Of a DNA stretch of 64,000 bases, positions 52,421 to 64,000 are shown one piece after another. Origin of the DNA: an uncultured Planctomycetaceae bacterium (lineage in GTDB: Bacteria > Planctomycetota > Planctomycetia > Pirellulales > PALSA-1355); NCBI GenBank assembly GCA_963793635.1, contig CAWCAX010000004.1:1276004-1340003 (forward strand), read 5' to 3'. The notes beneath the pieces were generated by a model. It was not told where the DNA came from and did not search any database. It saw only the letters and a program-made list of their open reading frames with translations. Within the stretch, counting starts at the first letter, position 1, and every line of letters begins with the position of its first letter. The position numbers were made by a program, and so were the translations under genes.

Positions 52421-52988
52421 CAGCCCGCTGAAACCGAGGACCCCCGCCCTGCGAGCCTTTCGTTTCCTCGTTTGTCTGGCCGTGCTATCGCTGCTGACGG
52501 AGCCTCTGGCCGAGGCCCATGACACGGGCTTCGGCCACTCGCGACGGACGCTGCGGGTGTCCTCCACCGCAACTGAACTGACGCTCGAATATCGCATGGC
52601 GCTTTCCGCCGACGAAGCCTTGATCGAAGCCACTCAAATCGACGCCGACGGCGATGGGCGCATCACGTCGGCGGAACAGGACGCGCACTTTATGGGCGTC
52701 GCCGGCCGGCTCATGGCCGGGTTTGACCTGCGAACCGCCGACGGCCGTGCCCTGCAACCGACGCTGGTGCGCTACGGGCTGCAAAATTCGCTGACACAAA
52801 CGTTTTGTTTCCGCATCGAAACCGACAGCGACGTGATTTTTTTGGAGGATCGAAACTTCGCCCATAAACCGGGGCAAGTCCGCATCCTTACCGGCCAGGG
52901 CGTCAACGTCGCGACGAACGCAGAGCCCGATCTTTCGCACGTCGACCGGCTGAGCTTCAAGGTCATGCGCACGAATGCCGCGCCCTGA
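52407..52988 (+). CDS. Secreted protein with a mature N-terminal His and an EF-hand-like DADGDGRITSAEQD loop.
   Basis: Signal peptide FRFLVCLAVLSLLTEPLAEA|HDTGFGHS. It overlaps the upstream gene by 14 nt. Confidence 0.5.
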   Translation: MTRTSSPLKPRTPALRAFRFLVCLAVLSLLTEPLAEAHDTGFGHSRRTLRVSSTATELTLEYRMALSADEALIEATQIDADGDGRITSAEQDAHFMGVAGRLMAGFDLRTADGRALQPTLVRYGLQNSLTQTFCFRIETDSDVIFLEDRNFAHKPGQVRILTGQGVNVATNAEPDLSHVDRLSFKVMRTNAAP

Positions 52989-53439
52989 ATTGTCAGATAA
53001 TTACCGCGCTGCTTTTCGAAATCCGCCCGACCTTGGGAGATTTAACAGTGGAATTGGGGGTCGCGCCTGGTTTAAATGGTAAGTGAGTCCGGTCGTGTGA
53101 GCCGACCCCAACGCATAGCACCCTCCGGCGTGATTTTCCCGCCCCGGCTGCGATCTGGGAGCGGTTTGCTGTCCTGGCGGTCGAAATCACACCAACCGCG
53201 ATCTCCCTGCCCGGCGAACACAGGTTTCGTCCCACCGTTTGCTTTAATTGATGCTTTGCCTGAACATGCAGCAGCGAGCGCCCTGTACGCGGTAAAACAG
53301 CGTTCGGCCCTTGCCACTGCCAGGCTGAGCCTCAATCAGCCGTCGACAATACCCGCCCTCAACCCGCCGGTCATCCCGCCGCGGGCAGTTGATATCTGCA
53401 ATGACTCCGAAAGAATTCCTCATTTAGGAGGTGGCGACC

Positions 53440-54462
<1,023 letters not shown>

Positions 54463-54470
54463 GGATGACC

Positions 54471-55391
54471 ATGGCATTGATACGCACGGGCGATGTCCCG
54501 CTCAAGGTCGATCCGGCGCTCTTGCAGCGACTCAAGGGCATCGAGCTCAAGTCGAAGTTCCTGGTCCGTGGGCTGTATAGCAACCGCCATCGTACGGCCG
54601 ATCACGGTCTGTCGACCGAGTTCGTCGAGCATCGCGAATACCGTCGCGGCGACGAGTTGCGGACCATCGATTGGCGCGTGCTCGCGCGCACCGACCGGTT
54701 GTACGTCAAAGTCCACGAGATGGAATCGAACATGCGGGTCCATCTGCTTTTGGATACCTCGGCGTCGATGCGCGTCCCCCCGCCCGACGGATTGCCCAGC
54801 AAACTCGAATTGGCCGCCGCGATCGCCGGGGCCGTGGCCATGATGGTCGAAACCCAGCAGGATTCGGTCGGCCTGCTCTGCCTGGGCCAGCAAATCGAAG
54901 AGCACATTCCGGCCCGGCAGGGCAAAACGCAGCTCCGTCTGCTCTACCAGCATCTGGCCAACCCGCCCGGTGACGGCGGCGGTCGCTTCGGCGATCTGCT
55001 TCGCGAAGCCACGGGTCGATTGGGAGCCCGGGGCATGGTGTTTCTGTTTACCGACGGCTTGGACGACCCGGAGGTCCTGTTTTCGGCGCTCAAGAATCTG
55101 GCGGTCCGCAACCAGGACGTCACGCTCATTCAAGTGCTCGACCGCAATGAAGTGGATTTTCCTTTCGACCGCATGACCGAGTTCCGGCATCCCGAGACCG
55201 GACAGCGAATTGTCGGTGATCCGTCGGCTCTGCGTGCCAAGTACCAGTCGCGGCTCGGGGCCCATCTCGACAAGATCAGCGATTACTGCCGGCGGGCTCG
55301 GGCGGACTACGTGCGGCTGCACAACGGCGAAGACTTGACCAAGCTCCTGGCGCTGCACTTCGTCCGCCGCGCGATGCAAGGAGCCCGGTGA
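54471..55391 (+). CDS. DUF58 protein (vWA-like, MoxR partner).
   Basis: HGLSTEFVEHREYRRGDELRTIDWRVLARTDRLYVKVHE, the DUF58 signature. Alternative start is ATG 54465. Confidence 0.85.
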   Translation: MALIRTGDVPLKVDPALLQRLKGIELKSKFLVRGLYSNRHRTADHGLSTEFVEHREYRRGDELRTIDWRVLARTDRLYVKVHEMESNMRVHLLLDTSASMRVPPPDGLPSKLELAAAIAGAVAMMVETQQDSVGLLCLGQQIEEHIPARQGKTQLRLLYQHLANPPGDGGGRFGDLLREATGRLGARGMVFLFTDGLDDPEVLFSALKNLAVRNQDVTLIQVLDRNEVDFPFDRMTEFRHPETGQRIVGDPSALRAKYQSRLGAHLDKISDYCRRARADYVRLHNGEDLTKLLALHFVRRAMQGAR

Positions 55392-57568
55392 TGCTTTACC
55401 CGTTGATGCTGGCCGGTCTGGTGGGATTGAGCGTGCCGGTCATTATCCACTTGATCCAACGCCAGCGGCTCAAGCCGCAGCTGTTGGCGACCTCGCAGTT
55501 TTTGGACGAGCACGACCTGGCCAACGCGTTCGCGCCGGTCCCGCGAGATCTGTTGCAGTTGCTGTTGCGACTTTTGCTTTTGACGCTATTTGTGCTGCTG
55601 ATGTCGCGGCTCGTGCTCAACGGCAGCGGCGTGGGCCCGCGGACGATGGCCGTGGTGCTCGATCAATCGATGAGCATGCAACAGAAGACCGGCGAGAAAG
55701 GCAATTTGTTTGACACCGCCAAGCGGCAGATCCTCGACTTGATTGACAGCCTGGCGCCGGAGGATCGCCTGGCTCTAGTGCTGGTCGGCGATCGGGTGAC
55801 CGTCGAAACCGGTTATTTGCAGGACAAGTCGGAACTGCGCCGGGTGGCCGAGCGGTTCGACGTCAGCGACAGCGGCGCCGCGGCGCTGCTGCCGGCGGTT
55901 CGCGACGCGGCCGATCAACTTCGCAGCCGTCGCGAAGAAAACGCCTGCGTGCTCGTGTTTTCGGACCACCAGCGATTGAACTATCTGCCGATCGGGCAGC
56001 ACGATTCTTCCGCGGCCGACGACCCGGCATTGGCCGGCCTGGCTGACGCGCTAACCGCCAGCGGCGTGCGCGTGCTGCTGGTCGACGATACGCCGCCGGC
56101 CGAAGTGAATCTGACGATCGAGCAAGCGCGGTTCAATCCCCAGCGCGTTCAGGTGGGCGCCAGCAGCCGCTTGACCGCCGTCATTCACAATCGCAGCGAC
56201 AAAGAGCAGACAACCCGAGTGCGCATCCAAGAAGGGGAGCAGGCAGGCCTGGAGAGATCCGTGACGCTCGAAGCGGGCGAAGCCGCGCACCTGGACCTGG
56301 TGCATCGCTTCGAGGCGCCGACCGATTCCGCCTGTCGAGTCGAGATCGACGACGATTTCCTGCCCGGCGATAACCGGTTTCAATTGCCGATGCGGATGAA
56401 AGAGCGTCAGCAGGTGCTGCTGGTGGGCGCGGCCGGGTCGCGCGACGACGAAGACCGTGACTTGGAAGTCAGTTATCGAGGCCTCGATCTGTTGGGCTAT
56501 GCCTTGAATCCGGGCGAATCACTGGGGCAGCCGGGAACGTACATCAACATCAAACGGGTGACCCCGCAGTTGCTGTCGCGAGTTTCACTGCCGCTCTACT
56601 CGCTGATCGTGCTGTACGGCGTGACCGAGCTGCCCGAGCAGTCGCTGAAGGACCTGGCGGTGTTCGTCAAGAACGGCGGGGGCCTGTGGTTGATTCCCGA
56701 TCACGAGATGTCACCGCTCCGCTTCAACAACGCGTACGGCTCGCTGTTGCAAGGCTTCGAGATCGGCCAGCTCAAAGAGTCCGAACAGACTCAAGGCATC
56801 AACCGCAGCGAATCGCAGTTGGCGCATCCGCTGCTTTTGCCCCTGGTGCGCGAAGAGTGGGGCAGCTTGCGCGAGGTCTTCGTCAATCACTATTTTGGGG
56901 TCGAAAACGGGGGTGCCGGCAAAGTCGCCTTGCGGGCCGAAAATGGCGACCCGCTGGCGGTCGTGATCCGGCAAGACCGCGGGCAAGTGCTGGTGCAATT
57001 GTTCGATGATGAGTTGGAAAGCAGCACGCTGCCGCGCACCACGGCCTTCGTGCCGCTGGTGCAACACGTGGTCGCCATGCTCGGCGAGCGGGGCGAACCG
57101 ACCTCGACCGACACGGTTCGTGTGGGGGACGTTTTGCGGATGCGGCTGCCTGAATTCCGCAATCTCAAGGGCGATGCCCAGCTGGCCGGCCCGGAAACCC
57201 GATCGTTCGCCCTGACGGGTCCAGAAGGAGACGAAATCCGGGTCGAAGGCCTGCTCACCGCGGGCGACTATGAGGTGTCGCATCCGGCCAAGAAGAGCGG
57301 GCGGAAGCGCTACCTGACCGTCAATCCCGTGCGCGGCGAATCGGATTTGTCGCCGCTTTCCACCCCGGAGCAGGAATCGATTTTCGGCGCCGGCAACGTG
57401 GCGCGGCTGAAATATGCCGAACTGGCCGGACAATTCTCGCGCCGGCATGAAATCGTCGGCACGCTCGGCGCCCTGGTGCTGCTGGCGTTCATCGCCGAGG
57501 CCCTGTGCGGCGCATGGCAGTCGCGGCGCAGCGCCAAACATGGCCCTGCGCAAGGAGCCGGGCGATGA
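55388..57568 (+). CDS. BatA-N-terminal-domain / vWA membrane protein.
   Basis: MLYPLMLAGLVGLSVPVIIHLIQRQR is BatA_N-like. MIDAS-like VVLDQSMSM. A C-terminal TM is present. The start overlaps the DUF58 stop (GTGATG). Confidence 0.8.
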   Translation: MMLYPLMLAGLVGLSVPVIIHLIQRQRLKPQLLATSQFLDEHDLANAFAPVPRDLLQLLLRLLLLTLFVLLMSRLVLNGSGVGPRTMAVVLDQSMSMQQKTGEKGNLFDTAKRQILDLIDSLAPEDRLALVLVGDRVTVETGYLQDKSELRRVAERFDVSDSGAAALLPAVRDAADQLRSRREENACVLVFSDHQRLNYLPIGQHDSSAADDPALAGLADALTASGVRVLLVDDTPPAEVNLTIEQARFNPQRVQVGASSRLTAVIHNRSDKEQTTRVRIQEGEQAGLERSVTLEAGEAAHLDLVHRFEAPTDSACRVEIDDDFLPGDNRFQLPMRMKERQQVLLVGAAGSRDDEDRDLEVSYRGLDLLGYALNPGESLGQPGTYINIKRVTPQLLSRVSLPLYSLIVLYGVTELPEQSLKDLAVFVKNGGGLWLIPDHEMSPLRFNNAYGSLLQGFEIGQLKESEQTQGINRSESQLAHPLLLPLVREEWGSLREVFVNHYFGVENGGAGKVALRAENGDPLAVVIRQDRGQVLVQLFDDELESSTLPRTTAFVPLVQHVVAMLGERGEPTSTDTVRVGDVLRMRLPEFRNLKGDAQLAGPETRSFALTGPEGDEIRVEGLLTAGDYEVSHPAKKSGRKRYLTVNPVRGESDLSPLSTPEQESIFGAGNVARLKYAELAGQFSRRHEIVGTLGALVLLAFIAEALCGAWQSRRSAKHGPAQGAGR

Positions 57569-59843
57569 ATTTCCTGCTAAAACTGCTGGGGCTCGAGCCG
57601 GGCGCGGACGTCCATCGCTTGATCGACGGCACGTGGAGCGCGGAGCGCCCGATGCCCTGGCAATTTTTGGCGCTGATCGGCTTTGTCGGCCTGACTTTGG
57701 CGCGCTCAATCTCCTGCCGTGGATCTCGATGCGGTTGCGAGTGCGGCTGTCGACCTTCCTGCTGCGGCTGGGCATGTTGCTGGTCTTGATCGCCGTGCTG
57801 GTCGGACTCGAGTGGCACGTGCGCCTCGAACTCAACCAACCGCAACAGTGGACCGTGTTGGTCGACGACTCCGGCTCGATGGCGGCCGCCGACGTTGACG
57901 GCCATACTCGCTATCAAGCCGCGCTGGCGGACCTGGACAAAATTCGTAAGTCGCTGGGGACCCGGGCCCGATTGTCCATCGCGACGTTCAGCGGCGATCC
58001 GCTGGGCGATTCCACCGCGCAGACGGTCGAGCCGGGCAATGGTCCCACGCTGTTCCACGACGTGCTGGCCCGGGTGGCCCTATCGCGCGCAAAAGTCGAT
58101 CGGCTGGTGGTGTTGACCGACGGGCGCGACAGCGAATCGCGCGATCTGACGCGTTTGGGAGAGGACCTCAAGGCTCGTGATATTCGGCTCAGCGTGGCGC
58201 TCTATGGTTCTGCCAATCTACCGCAAGATCGAGGCATCGCGGCGGAGCCGGAACGCAGCGTGATTCGCCTGGGAGACGAGTTGATTATTCGCGGCGCCGT
58301 CCAGGGCGGTTCGGCGCAGGTCGAGTCGACGATAACCTTGAAGGAAGACGGCAAAGAGGTGAGAGCATTTCCGGTTGCGGCCGCCGCCAACGGCCGGTTC
58401 GAGGTGCGTTACCGACCCAAGCGCAAAGGATCGCACACCTGCACGCTCGAACTCCCGGCCGGCGACATCGTGGCGCAAAATAATTCGATCAGTTTCACCG
58501 TGAACGTGATCGAAGAAAAAATCAACGTGCTGCTGATCGAAGGTTTTCCGCGGTTCGAATTCAAGCTCGTCAAGACCGTGCTCGAAGTCGATCCGCTGGT
58601 GAATCTGGTCAGCGTCAGTCACGTGCCGGGGGGCGGCGTCTACGTGCAAGGAGCCCCGCTGCACCGAAATCCGGAGCAAGGCCTGATCAGTTCGCAGGCG
58701 GAACTGTTCAAATACGACGTCGTCGTGCTGCGCGACCTGCCGCGCAGCTACTTCCGCGCCGACGGCGACACCTCCGAGAGCCGGCTCCGTCTGCTTGCCG
58801 ATTTCGTCACCAAGCGCGGCGGTGGGTTGGTGGTGCTGGGCGGGCAAGACGTCTATCGGGCCGGCGGTTATCAAGACAGCCAACTGGTCGACGTGCTGCC
58901 GTTCGACCTAAGCGACCAGATCAGCGGCGACGACCAGTTCGACGGCCCGTTTTACGCCTCGATCCCCAAACCGGCGTTCGACCATCCGATCCTGCAACTG
59001 TTGCCCGAAGCGGCCGAAAACCACGAGCGCCTGGTCGGCTTGCCGCAACTCGACGGGTCGAACAACGTCGGCCGGTTCAAGCCGCTGGCCGTGCCCCTGC
59101 TGACGCGCACGGTCAAGCTCAAAGGCAAGGGCGCCGAACCGGTCGAGAAGGAAGTGCCGATCCTGGGGTACATCGCGGTGGGCGACGGAAAAGTAGTCGG
59201 CGCCGCGGTCGACACGCTCTGGCAGTGGCAGTTGCAGAGCGAGTTCGAAGACCCTCCGTTGACCATGCTGATGGCGAACATCGTGCGTTACCTGGCGCCG
59301 CCGCCGGGCCGCCGGCCCGACACGCCGCAGGTTTCCTTGGCCGACGGTACGCCGCAGGTCGGTCAGGAACTCGTCCTGACCACCGATCTGAAAGACCGCA
59401 ATTACGACCCGATCCGCAATGCCGAACTGGTGGTCACCGTCACCGGGCCGGACGGACGGTCCTATCGGCAATACCCCCGCGACCTGCCCGAAGAGCCGGG
59501 TTACTACGAGTCGCGAATCCTGATCGAGCAACCAGGGTCTTACAAGGTTTCGGCCAAGCATGGCAAGTTCGAGTCGCAGCGCGAGTTTCTGGCCGGCGCA
59601 TCGGCCGGCGAATTCGTCGATCTTTCGGTCGATCGCCCGGGCATGCAGCGGCTAGTCAAAGCGGCCGGCGGCGAGTTGGTCGAGGGGGGCGCGAGTTCCT
59701 GGATCGAGACGCTCGGCGCTGTGCCCTCGCGAAAAATCGTCGAGCGCGACCTGGAAGTCTGGAACAGCCCGCTGGTGCTCGTGGCGTTTCTGCTACTGGT
59801 CAGCATCGATTGCTGGATCCGCAAACGGCAAGGAATGGCGTGA
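57565..59843 (+). pseudogene. Membrane-anchored vWA protein, one frameshift near 57700 as sequenced.
   Basis: ATG 57565 overlaps the upstream stop (ATGA). MNFLLKLLGLEPG...FLALIGFVGLTL is in one frame. Then LNLLPWISMRLRVRLSTFLL...WTVLVDDSGSM is in ORF 57414..59843. C-terminal TM VLVAFLLLVSIDCW. Confidence 0.7.
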
Positions 59844-59844
59844 G

Positions 59845-61689
59845 ATGACCAACCAGCGGCAACAATTCGAACAGCGCTTGCGCCGCTTCTCCGCGGTGCG
59901 GCGCAGACTGCTCAACGCGGCGCTCGGCTATCACCTGGCCGCATGGGTGCTGATGGCTGGCGTCGTGGGGTTGCTGTCGCTCGGTGGCTGGCTGCCCGGC
60001 GCCTTGTTGAACCTGGGCTTGTTTGCGGCGCTGCTGCTGACGGCGCTGGGGCTGGCCGGCTTCTATCCGCTGAAGCACGCGCGTTTTCGCCGTCCCTTGG
60101 ACGAAGCGTTTGTCATGGAGGGATTGCACGGCGACCTGAACAGTCGGGTGGTCAGCGCGTGGGATTTTCTGCATCACGACCACCCCTCGCCGTTGGCCGC
60201 ACAGGTGATCGAGCGGGCACAGGCCGATTTGCAGTTCGGCTTTGAGTCGGTGCTCGACCGGCGCGAGCGCGACCGACGGCGAAAGCAGTTCGCGGCATGG
60301 CTCGTGGTCTGGATCGTGCTGGGCTGCACGCCGTGGTTTGCCTTCGGCCGAGTGGCCGAGAATATCCACCGCTCGTGGCTGGCCGCCCAGGATTATTTTT
60401 TTCCCGTCGCATTCAGTGTCGAGCCGGAGCCGGGGACTCACATTCACCGCTTGAACGATCAGGTGGAACTCGGAGTTCATTTCGCGCAGCGCGGCTACTC
60501 GTCGGTGAAACTCGTCAGTCAAATTGACGATCAGCCGCCGACAGAAACGGAACTCCGCGCCGACGACGACGGCCGGGTTCGCTCGACGGTTACCAGTTCC
60601 GTCGAGGCCGAACACCGATTCCTTTTCCAATTCGGCCAGCGCGAAACTCCACCGATCCACCTGGTGTTCACCACATCGCCCACGCTCGTGAACATGCAAA
60701 CCGAATTGGCGTATCCCGGTTATACCGGGCTGTTGCCGCGGCCCATGGAAGGCATTCAACAGCGGTTGTTGGGGTTGCCGGGCACGCGCATGACCCTCGG
60801 ATTCACGTTCTCCAAGGACTTGGAGTCGGCCACGATCACCTGGGACGACGGCCAGGAACTGCCGCTGGAGACCGTGGGCCGGTTTGCCTCGACCAACCTG
60901 GTGCATAACCAATCGCGGCAAGGCCGGCTGCAGGTGCGCGACGTTCATGGACTTGCGATGGACGATCCGCTGGTCATCGATTTCGAATTGCAGAACGACG
61001 AAAAGCCCCAGGTGCTGCTCCCCCGGCATCTCAAGGAAGACATGCCGCTGTTGGAAACGGCGGTCGAGCTGTTCGGATTCGGCGCCCGGGCCCAGGACGA
61101 TTACGGCGTAACGCGGCTGGTCCTGCGCTGGCAAAAGAGCACCGTCGACAATCCGGCCTCGGTCACCGATCAGGGCGAGGTGGAGCGGCTCATCTCGCCG
61201 TCGCAGCGCAATGCGGTCGTCAGTTTCGAAAAAATGTTCGCCGGGCTGAACCTCAAACCGGGCGACAAGATCAGCTTCGATGTCGAGGCCTTCGACAATC
61301 GAACGCCGGAAAAGCAGCGCACGCGCTCCCGCAGGTTGTCGTTGTTCGTCTATCAACCCGAACTATCGGGCCTGACCATCAACCAGCTTGGCTTTGGCGG
61401 CGCGCCGGATTTGCGCGAGTCGCGCATTGCCAAGTCGGTCCGGGCAACCTCGGTCAAGGCGCCCGAAGGACTTCGCAGCCGGGAACTGGTGCGCAACGAG
61501 CATGAGGCGGTCGTCGTCACCGGCGCGCGGGCACCCTCGGCGCGCGGCGAGCACGGCCAGGCGACCGGCGATTATTTCCGTTTGCTGTCCAAAGTTCCCT
61601 ATCAAGACGAAGAATCGCACCCGTCGCCCGTTCGGCGGCCGATCGCCGCGGACGATTCCTCCTCAGAAACCCCAGACTCCGACCCATGA
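59845..61689 (+). CDS. Bat-operon-associated membrane protein (DUF4175-like; family assignment tentative).
   Basis: Three predicted TM segments lie in the first 170 aa, followed by a large soluble region. ATG sits 1 nt after the upstream stop. Confidence 0.65.
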   Translation: MTNQRQQFEQRLRRFSAVRRRLLNAALGYHLAAWVLMAGVVGLLSLGGWLPGALLNLGLFAALLLTALGLAGFYPLKHARFRRPLDEAFVMEGLHGDLNSRVVSAWDFLHHDHPSPLAAQVIERAQADLQFGFESVLDRRERDRRRKQFAAWLVVWIVLGCTPWFAFGRVAENIHRSWLAAQDYFFPVAFSVEPEPGTHIHRLNDQVELGVHFAQRGYSSVKLVSQIDDQPPTETELRADDDGRVRSTVTSSVEAEHRFLFQFGQRETPPIHLVFTTSPTLVNMQTELAYPGYTGLLPRPMEGIQQRLLGLPGTRMTLGFTFSKDLESATITWDDGQELPLETVGRFASTNLVHNQSRQGRLQVRDVHGLAMDDPLVIDFELQNDEKPQVLLPRHLKEDMPLLETAVELFGFGARAQDDYGVTRLVLRWQKSTVDNPASVTDQGEVERLISPSQRNAVVSFEKMFAGLNLKPGDKISFDVEAFDNRTPEKQRTRSRRLSLFVYQPELSGLTINQLGFGGAPDLRESRIAKSVRATSVKAPEGLRSRELVRNEHEAVVVTGARAPSARGEHGQATGDYFRLLSKVPYQDEESHPSPVRRPIAADDSSSETPDSDP

Positions 61690-64000
61690 TTGAACGCTTA
61701 TTCTGCCATCCTGTCTGGTTGTCGGCGCCACGGGAGTTCACACTCGGCGCGGCCCTGACGCTGGCGCTTTTCGCCGCTGCGTCGGTCCGCGGGCAGGAAC
61801 AACCGGCCGGCGATGCCGCGAAAGCGCGCGTGATCGTCAAACTGGTCACCGATTTCGAAAGCGGAAAGCTGGTCAGCGATCTGGAAGAGATCCAGGAAAT
61901 CACGAGCACGGTGTTCGATGCCCATGGCAGCCACGAGCAATTGCTCGGCGAGAGCTGTGTGCTGTGGGTGCGCAATGCGCATGTCGATGGTAAGTTCTTC
62001 TTCGAGCGATTCTATCAAGGCAAATATATCGGCCGCGGCGCCGAACTCGAAATCGAGCGCGACCAACTGGCGCCCGGCGAACATCTGATTCAGCCGGGCG
62101 ATCACAAGTTCACGTTGTCGGCCGAGGGGCAACTCGCTTCGTCGGACCCTTCGATCCGCATCGCCGGCAACACGCTGCTGTTGCAAATGTACAAAGTCAC
62201 GCTACACGCGGTCGACAGCGCACAGCGCGGCCCGGACGAGTTTCGACTGGTTGCGGCCGAACTCGGCCTGCTGAGCATGGACGCGGCGCTGCGGATCGAT
62301 CCCGCGCACCTGCCGGACCCGGCCGTCACGCTCGATCCGCAGTCGCCCCCCGTACCCGATCGGCCGATTCCTCCGCTGACCAACGTGCTCAGTCATCAGA
62401 AAGCGTACTATCCGCTCAGCGTGTGGCTGCCCGCCAACCAGGTCGGACAAGGTTACTTGCTCTACCCGAGCTGGCAGGCATTTCATCTGCGCCCCGACGG
62501 CCAGGTCGATCTGTCGGGGCCCAAAGCGCCTCGGGTGGCCGGAATCAAAGCCCATGACGCGACGATTGTCATTCCTTACCGCACCTTTCGCGGCCAGATC
62601 AATTCGATGACGGGACTCACGGCAGGGGTCGGCAACGTGCCGCTCAAGAAGAAAATGAATTTCGGCGCGTCGCTTTCCGACAGTCACTTCGTCGCCAGCC
62701 ACGAGAAACCGGCCGCTGACTTTTTCTTGCCCGTCGACAGCGACTTTTCGCGCCAACCGTACAAATATTTCCTGGCCGACAACTCGACCGCGGACAAACA
62801 GGCGGTGCGGCTGCTGGCACTGGAATGGTCGGAGCCGATTTACCCAAGTGGTACGCAGGCGACGGTCCGGCTGCGATTGCTCGAAACCCCCGACAAGGGG
62901 CTGAAAAAACCGCAGGCTCGCATGAGCTACTCGCCCTACCGTCCATCCAACCCGGCTTGGCGCGATTGGCGGCCGCTGGCAGTATCGAGCTGGAAAAACG
63001 GTTGCGACGAGGGGGAGCTGCAATTTCAGATTCCCGACAGGGCACTCGGATACGTCGTGTTTCGCGCGGAGATCATCGAGTCGGACGATCCCGCGCGGAG
63101 CACGTCGCTCGTGGGCGAGATCGAGGGTTGCATTATCGACCCCCATCAGACCGGCACGGCCAGTTTCGTCTCGAACCGCGGCCGGACGGCATTCGTTTCC
63201 GGCGAAGACATCGAACTGCAATTGGTCCTGCGTTCGGAGAAAGACCGGCCGGCGGGGGACAGAACCCTCGCACTGGTCCATCCGGACGGCCAGGAAGAAA
63301 CGCTGTCGTTCAAAGACTCCGGCCAGGCCTGGTTATCGCAGAGTCTGCGCCTGCCGGGCCCGCGAACGGCAAACTTGTCTCCCGGCACGTATCAACTGAG
63401 CGTTCGCAATCTGCCGCCGGAAATCGCTTCGGTCGGCTTCCAACTGGAACTGTGCCCGCGGCAGAAGCCAAGTCTGTTTCACGTCGTCAAGCCCTCGAAG
63501 TACACCGGCGCCATGAACACGCTGGAGACGGGCCTGCTCGAAGGTCACCCGATCGACCTGGACCGGGCCATGCACACGCTGGCCGAGCTGGGCTACACGC
63601 GCGTCGATCTGATGAGCTATATCACCAATCACCACCTGCGGGGTGCGACTTGGCGCGAAGAGCTCGCCGCCGGCGACGCGCGGCTGCCGCCCCCCGAGAG
63701 CGTGTATGCCCCCACGCCGCGCGAGCAGATTTTGAACGCCTGCGTCCGCAACCAGTTGCAATACGCCGACGTCTGGCTGAGTTACGGCGATTTTCACCTG
63801 CCACGCTACATCGAGAGCTACATCCACGCTTCCGAGCGCTGGATGGCGCGAGAGATCCAGGCCATGCGCCATTCGCCCGCAATGGACGGCATGATCCTGT
63901 ATGACGAAATGTATCCAAGCGCGGTGGTCGGCTTGGTGCCCGGCCATCAGAAGTTTTTCAGCAACGAGCGGGCACGGTTGGCGGAAGCCAAGTTGGGGCT
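61686..64000 (+). CDS. Large hypothetical secreted protein, 3'-partial (runs off the window). It is absent from the supplied ORF track.
   Basis: ATG 61686 overlaps the upstream stop (ATGA). I read the frame by hand through 64000 and found no stop. Signal-like FTLGAALTLALFAAASVRG. The frame was verified at 63948 onward (QKFFSNERARLAEAKLG). Confidence 0.6.
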   Translation, partial: MIERLFCHPVWLSAPREFTLGAALTLALFAAASVRGQEQPAGDAAKARVIVKLVTDFESGKLVSDLEEIQEITSTVFDAHGSHEQLLGESCVLWVRNAHVDGKFFFERFYQGKYIGRGAELEIERDQLAPGEHLIQPGDHKFTLSAEGQLASSDPSIRIAGNTLLLQMYKVTLHAVDSAQRGPDEFRLVAAELGLLSMDAALRIDPAHLPDPAVTLDPQSPPVPDRPIPPLTNVLSHQKAYYPLSVWLPANQVGQGYLLYPSWQAFHLRPDGQVDLSGPKAPRVAGIKAHDATIVIPYRTFRGQINSMTGLTAGVGNVPLKKKMNFGASLSDSHFVASHEKPAADFFLPVDSDFSRQPYKYFLADNSTADKQAVRLLALEWSEPIYPSGTQATVRLRLLETPDKGLKKPQARMSYSPYRPSNPAWRDWRPLAVSSWKNGCDEGELQFQIPDRALGYVVFRAEIIESDDPARSTSLVGEIEGCIIDPHQTGTASFVSNRGRTAFVSGEDIELQLVLRSEKDRPAGDRTLALVHPDGQEETLSFKDSGQAWLSQSLRLPGPRTANLSPGTYQLSVRNLPPEIASVGFQLELCPRQKPSLFHVVKPSKYTGAMNTLETGLLEGHPIDLDRAMHTLAELGYTRVDLMSYITNHHLRGATWREELAAGDARLPPPESVYAPTPREQILNACVRNQLQYADVWLSYGDFHLPRYIESYIHASERWMAREIQAMRHSPAMDGMILYDEMYPSAVVGLVPGHQKFFSNERARLAEAKLG

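Noticed and set aside
59800-61356. Very long antisense ORFs: 59800..61356 minus (518 aa), 11504..12727 plus, 3412..4371 minus, 27265..28335 minus, 29771..31033 minus, 62202..63281 minus, 54414..55379 minus, 56711..57835 minus, 48256..49200 minus, 44677..45579 minus and 15834..16574 minus.
   Set aside because: All are Arg/Gly/Pro/Ala-rich shadow frames opposite genes with clear family motifs. This is expected in high-GC DNA, where stop codons are rare.

Overview
High-GC bacterial chromosome segment. The gene content looks planctomycetal: DUF1559 proteins with prepilin-type N-termini, a PEP-CTERM protein, a BBP7-like barrel, giant repeat adhesins with an N-terminal LExLExR motif, and a MoxR/DUF58/BatA/vWA operon. 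Layout: 0.3-6.7 kb holds envelope and adhesin genes. 6.9-12.6 kb is a co-directional pyruvate-node cluster (aminotransferase, malic enzyme, alsD, alsS). 12.7-15.5 kb is a three-gene methyltransferase / GIY-YIG module, the best candidate for an undescribed system. tRNA-Leu(UAG) sits at 18418-18499, and about 19 kb follows it, bounded by a 50-bp direct repeat of the tRNA 3' half at 37386-37435. That stretch is littered with decayed tyrosine-integrase remnants. It carries DUF1559 genes, an ECF sigma/FecR pair, a 5.5-kb FN3/module adhesin, small stress genes and a two-component pair. 37.7-40.3 kb is an operon coupling a CarH-type B12 module (Wx9EH + DxHxxG) to a GGDEF cyclase. 42.6-47.9 kb is a 5.3-kb secreted protein. 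49-53 kb is a HupE-type putative metal cluster. 53.4 kb to the window end is a translationally coupled Bat-like operon whose last ORF runs off the window and is absent from the ORF track. No rRNA or CRISPR was seen. Caveat: about 20 apparent frameshifts split recognisable genes, several at homopolymer runs, so assembly indels are as likely as true pseudogenes. All family calls come from reading motifs by eye, with no database search.
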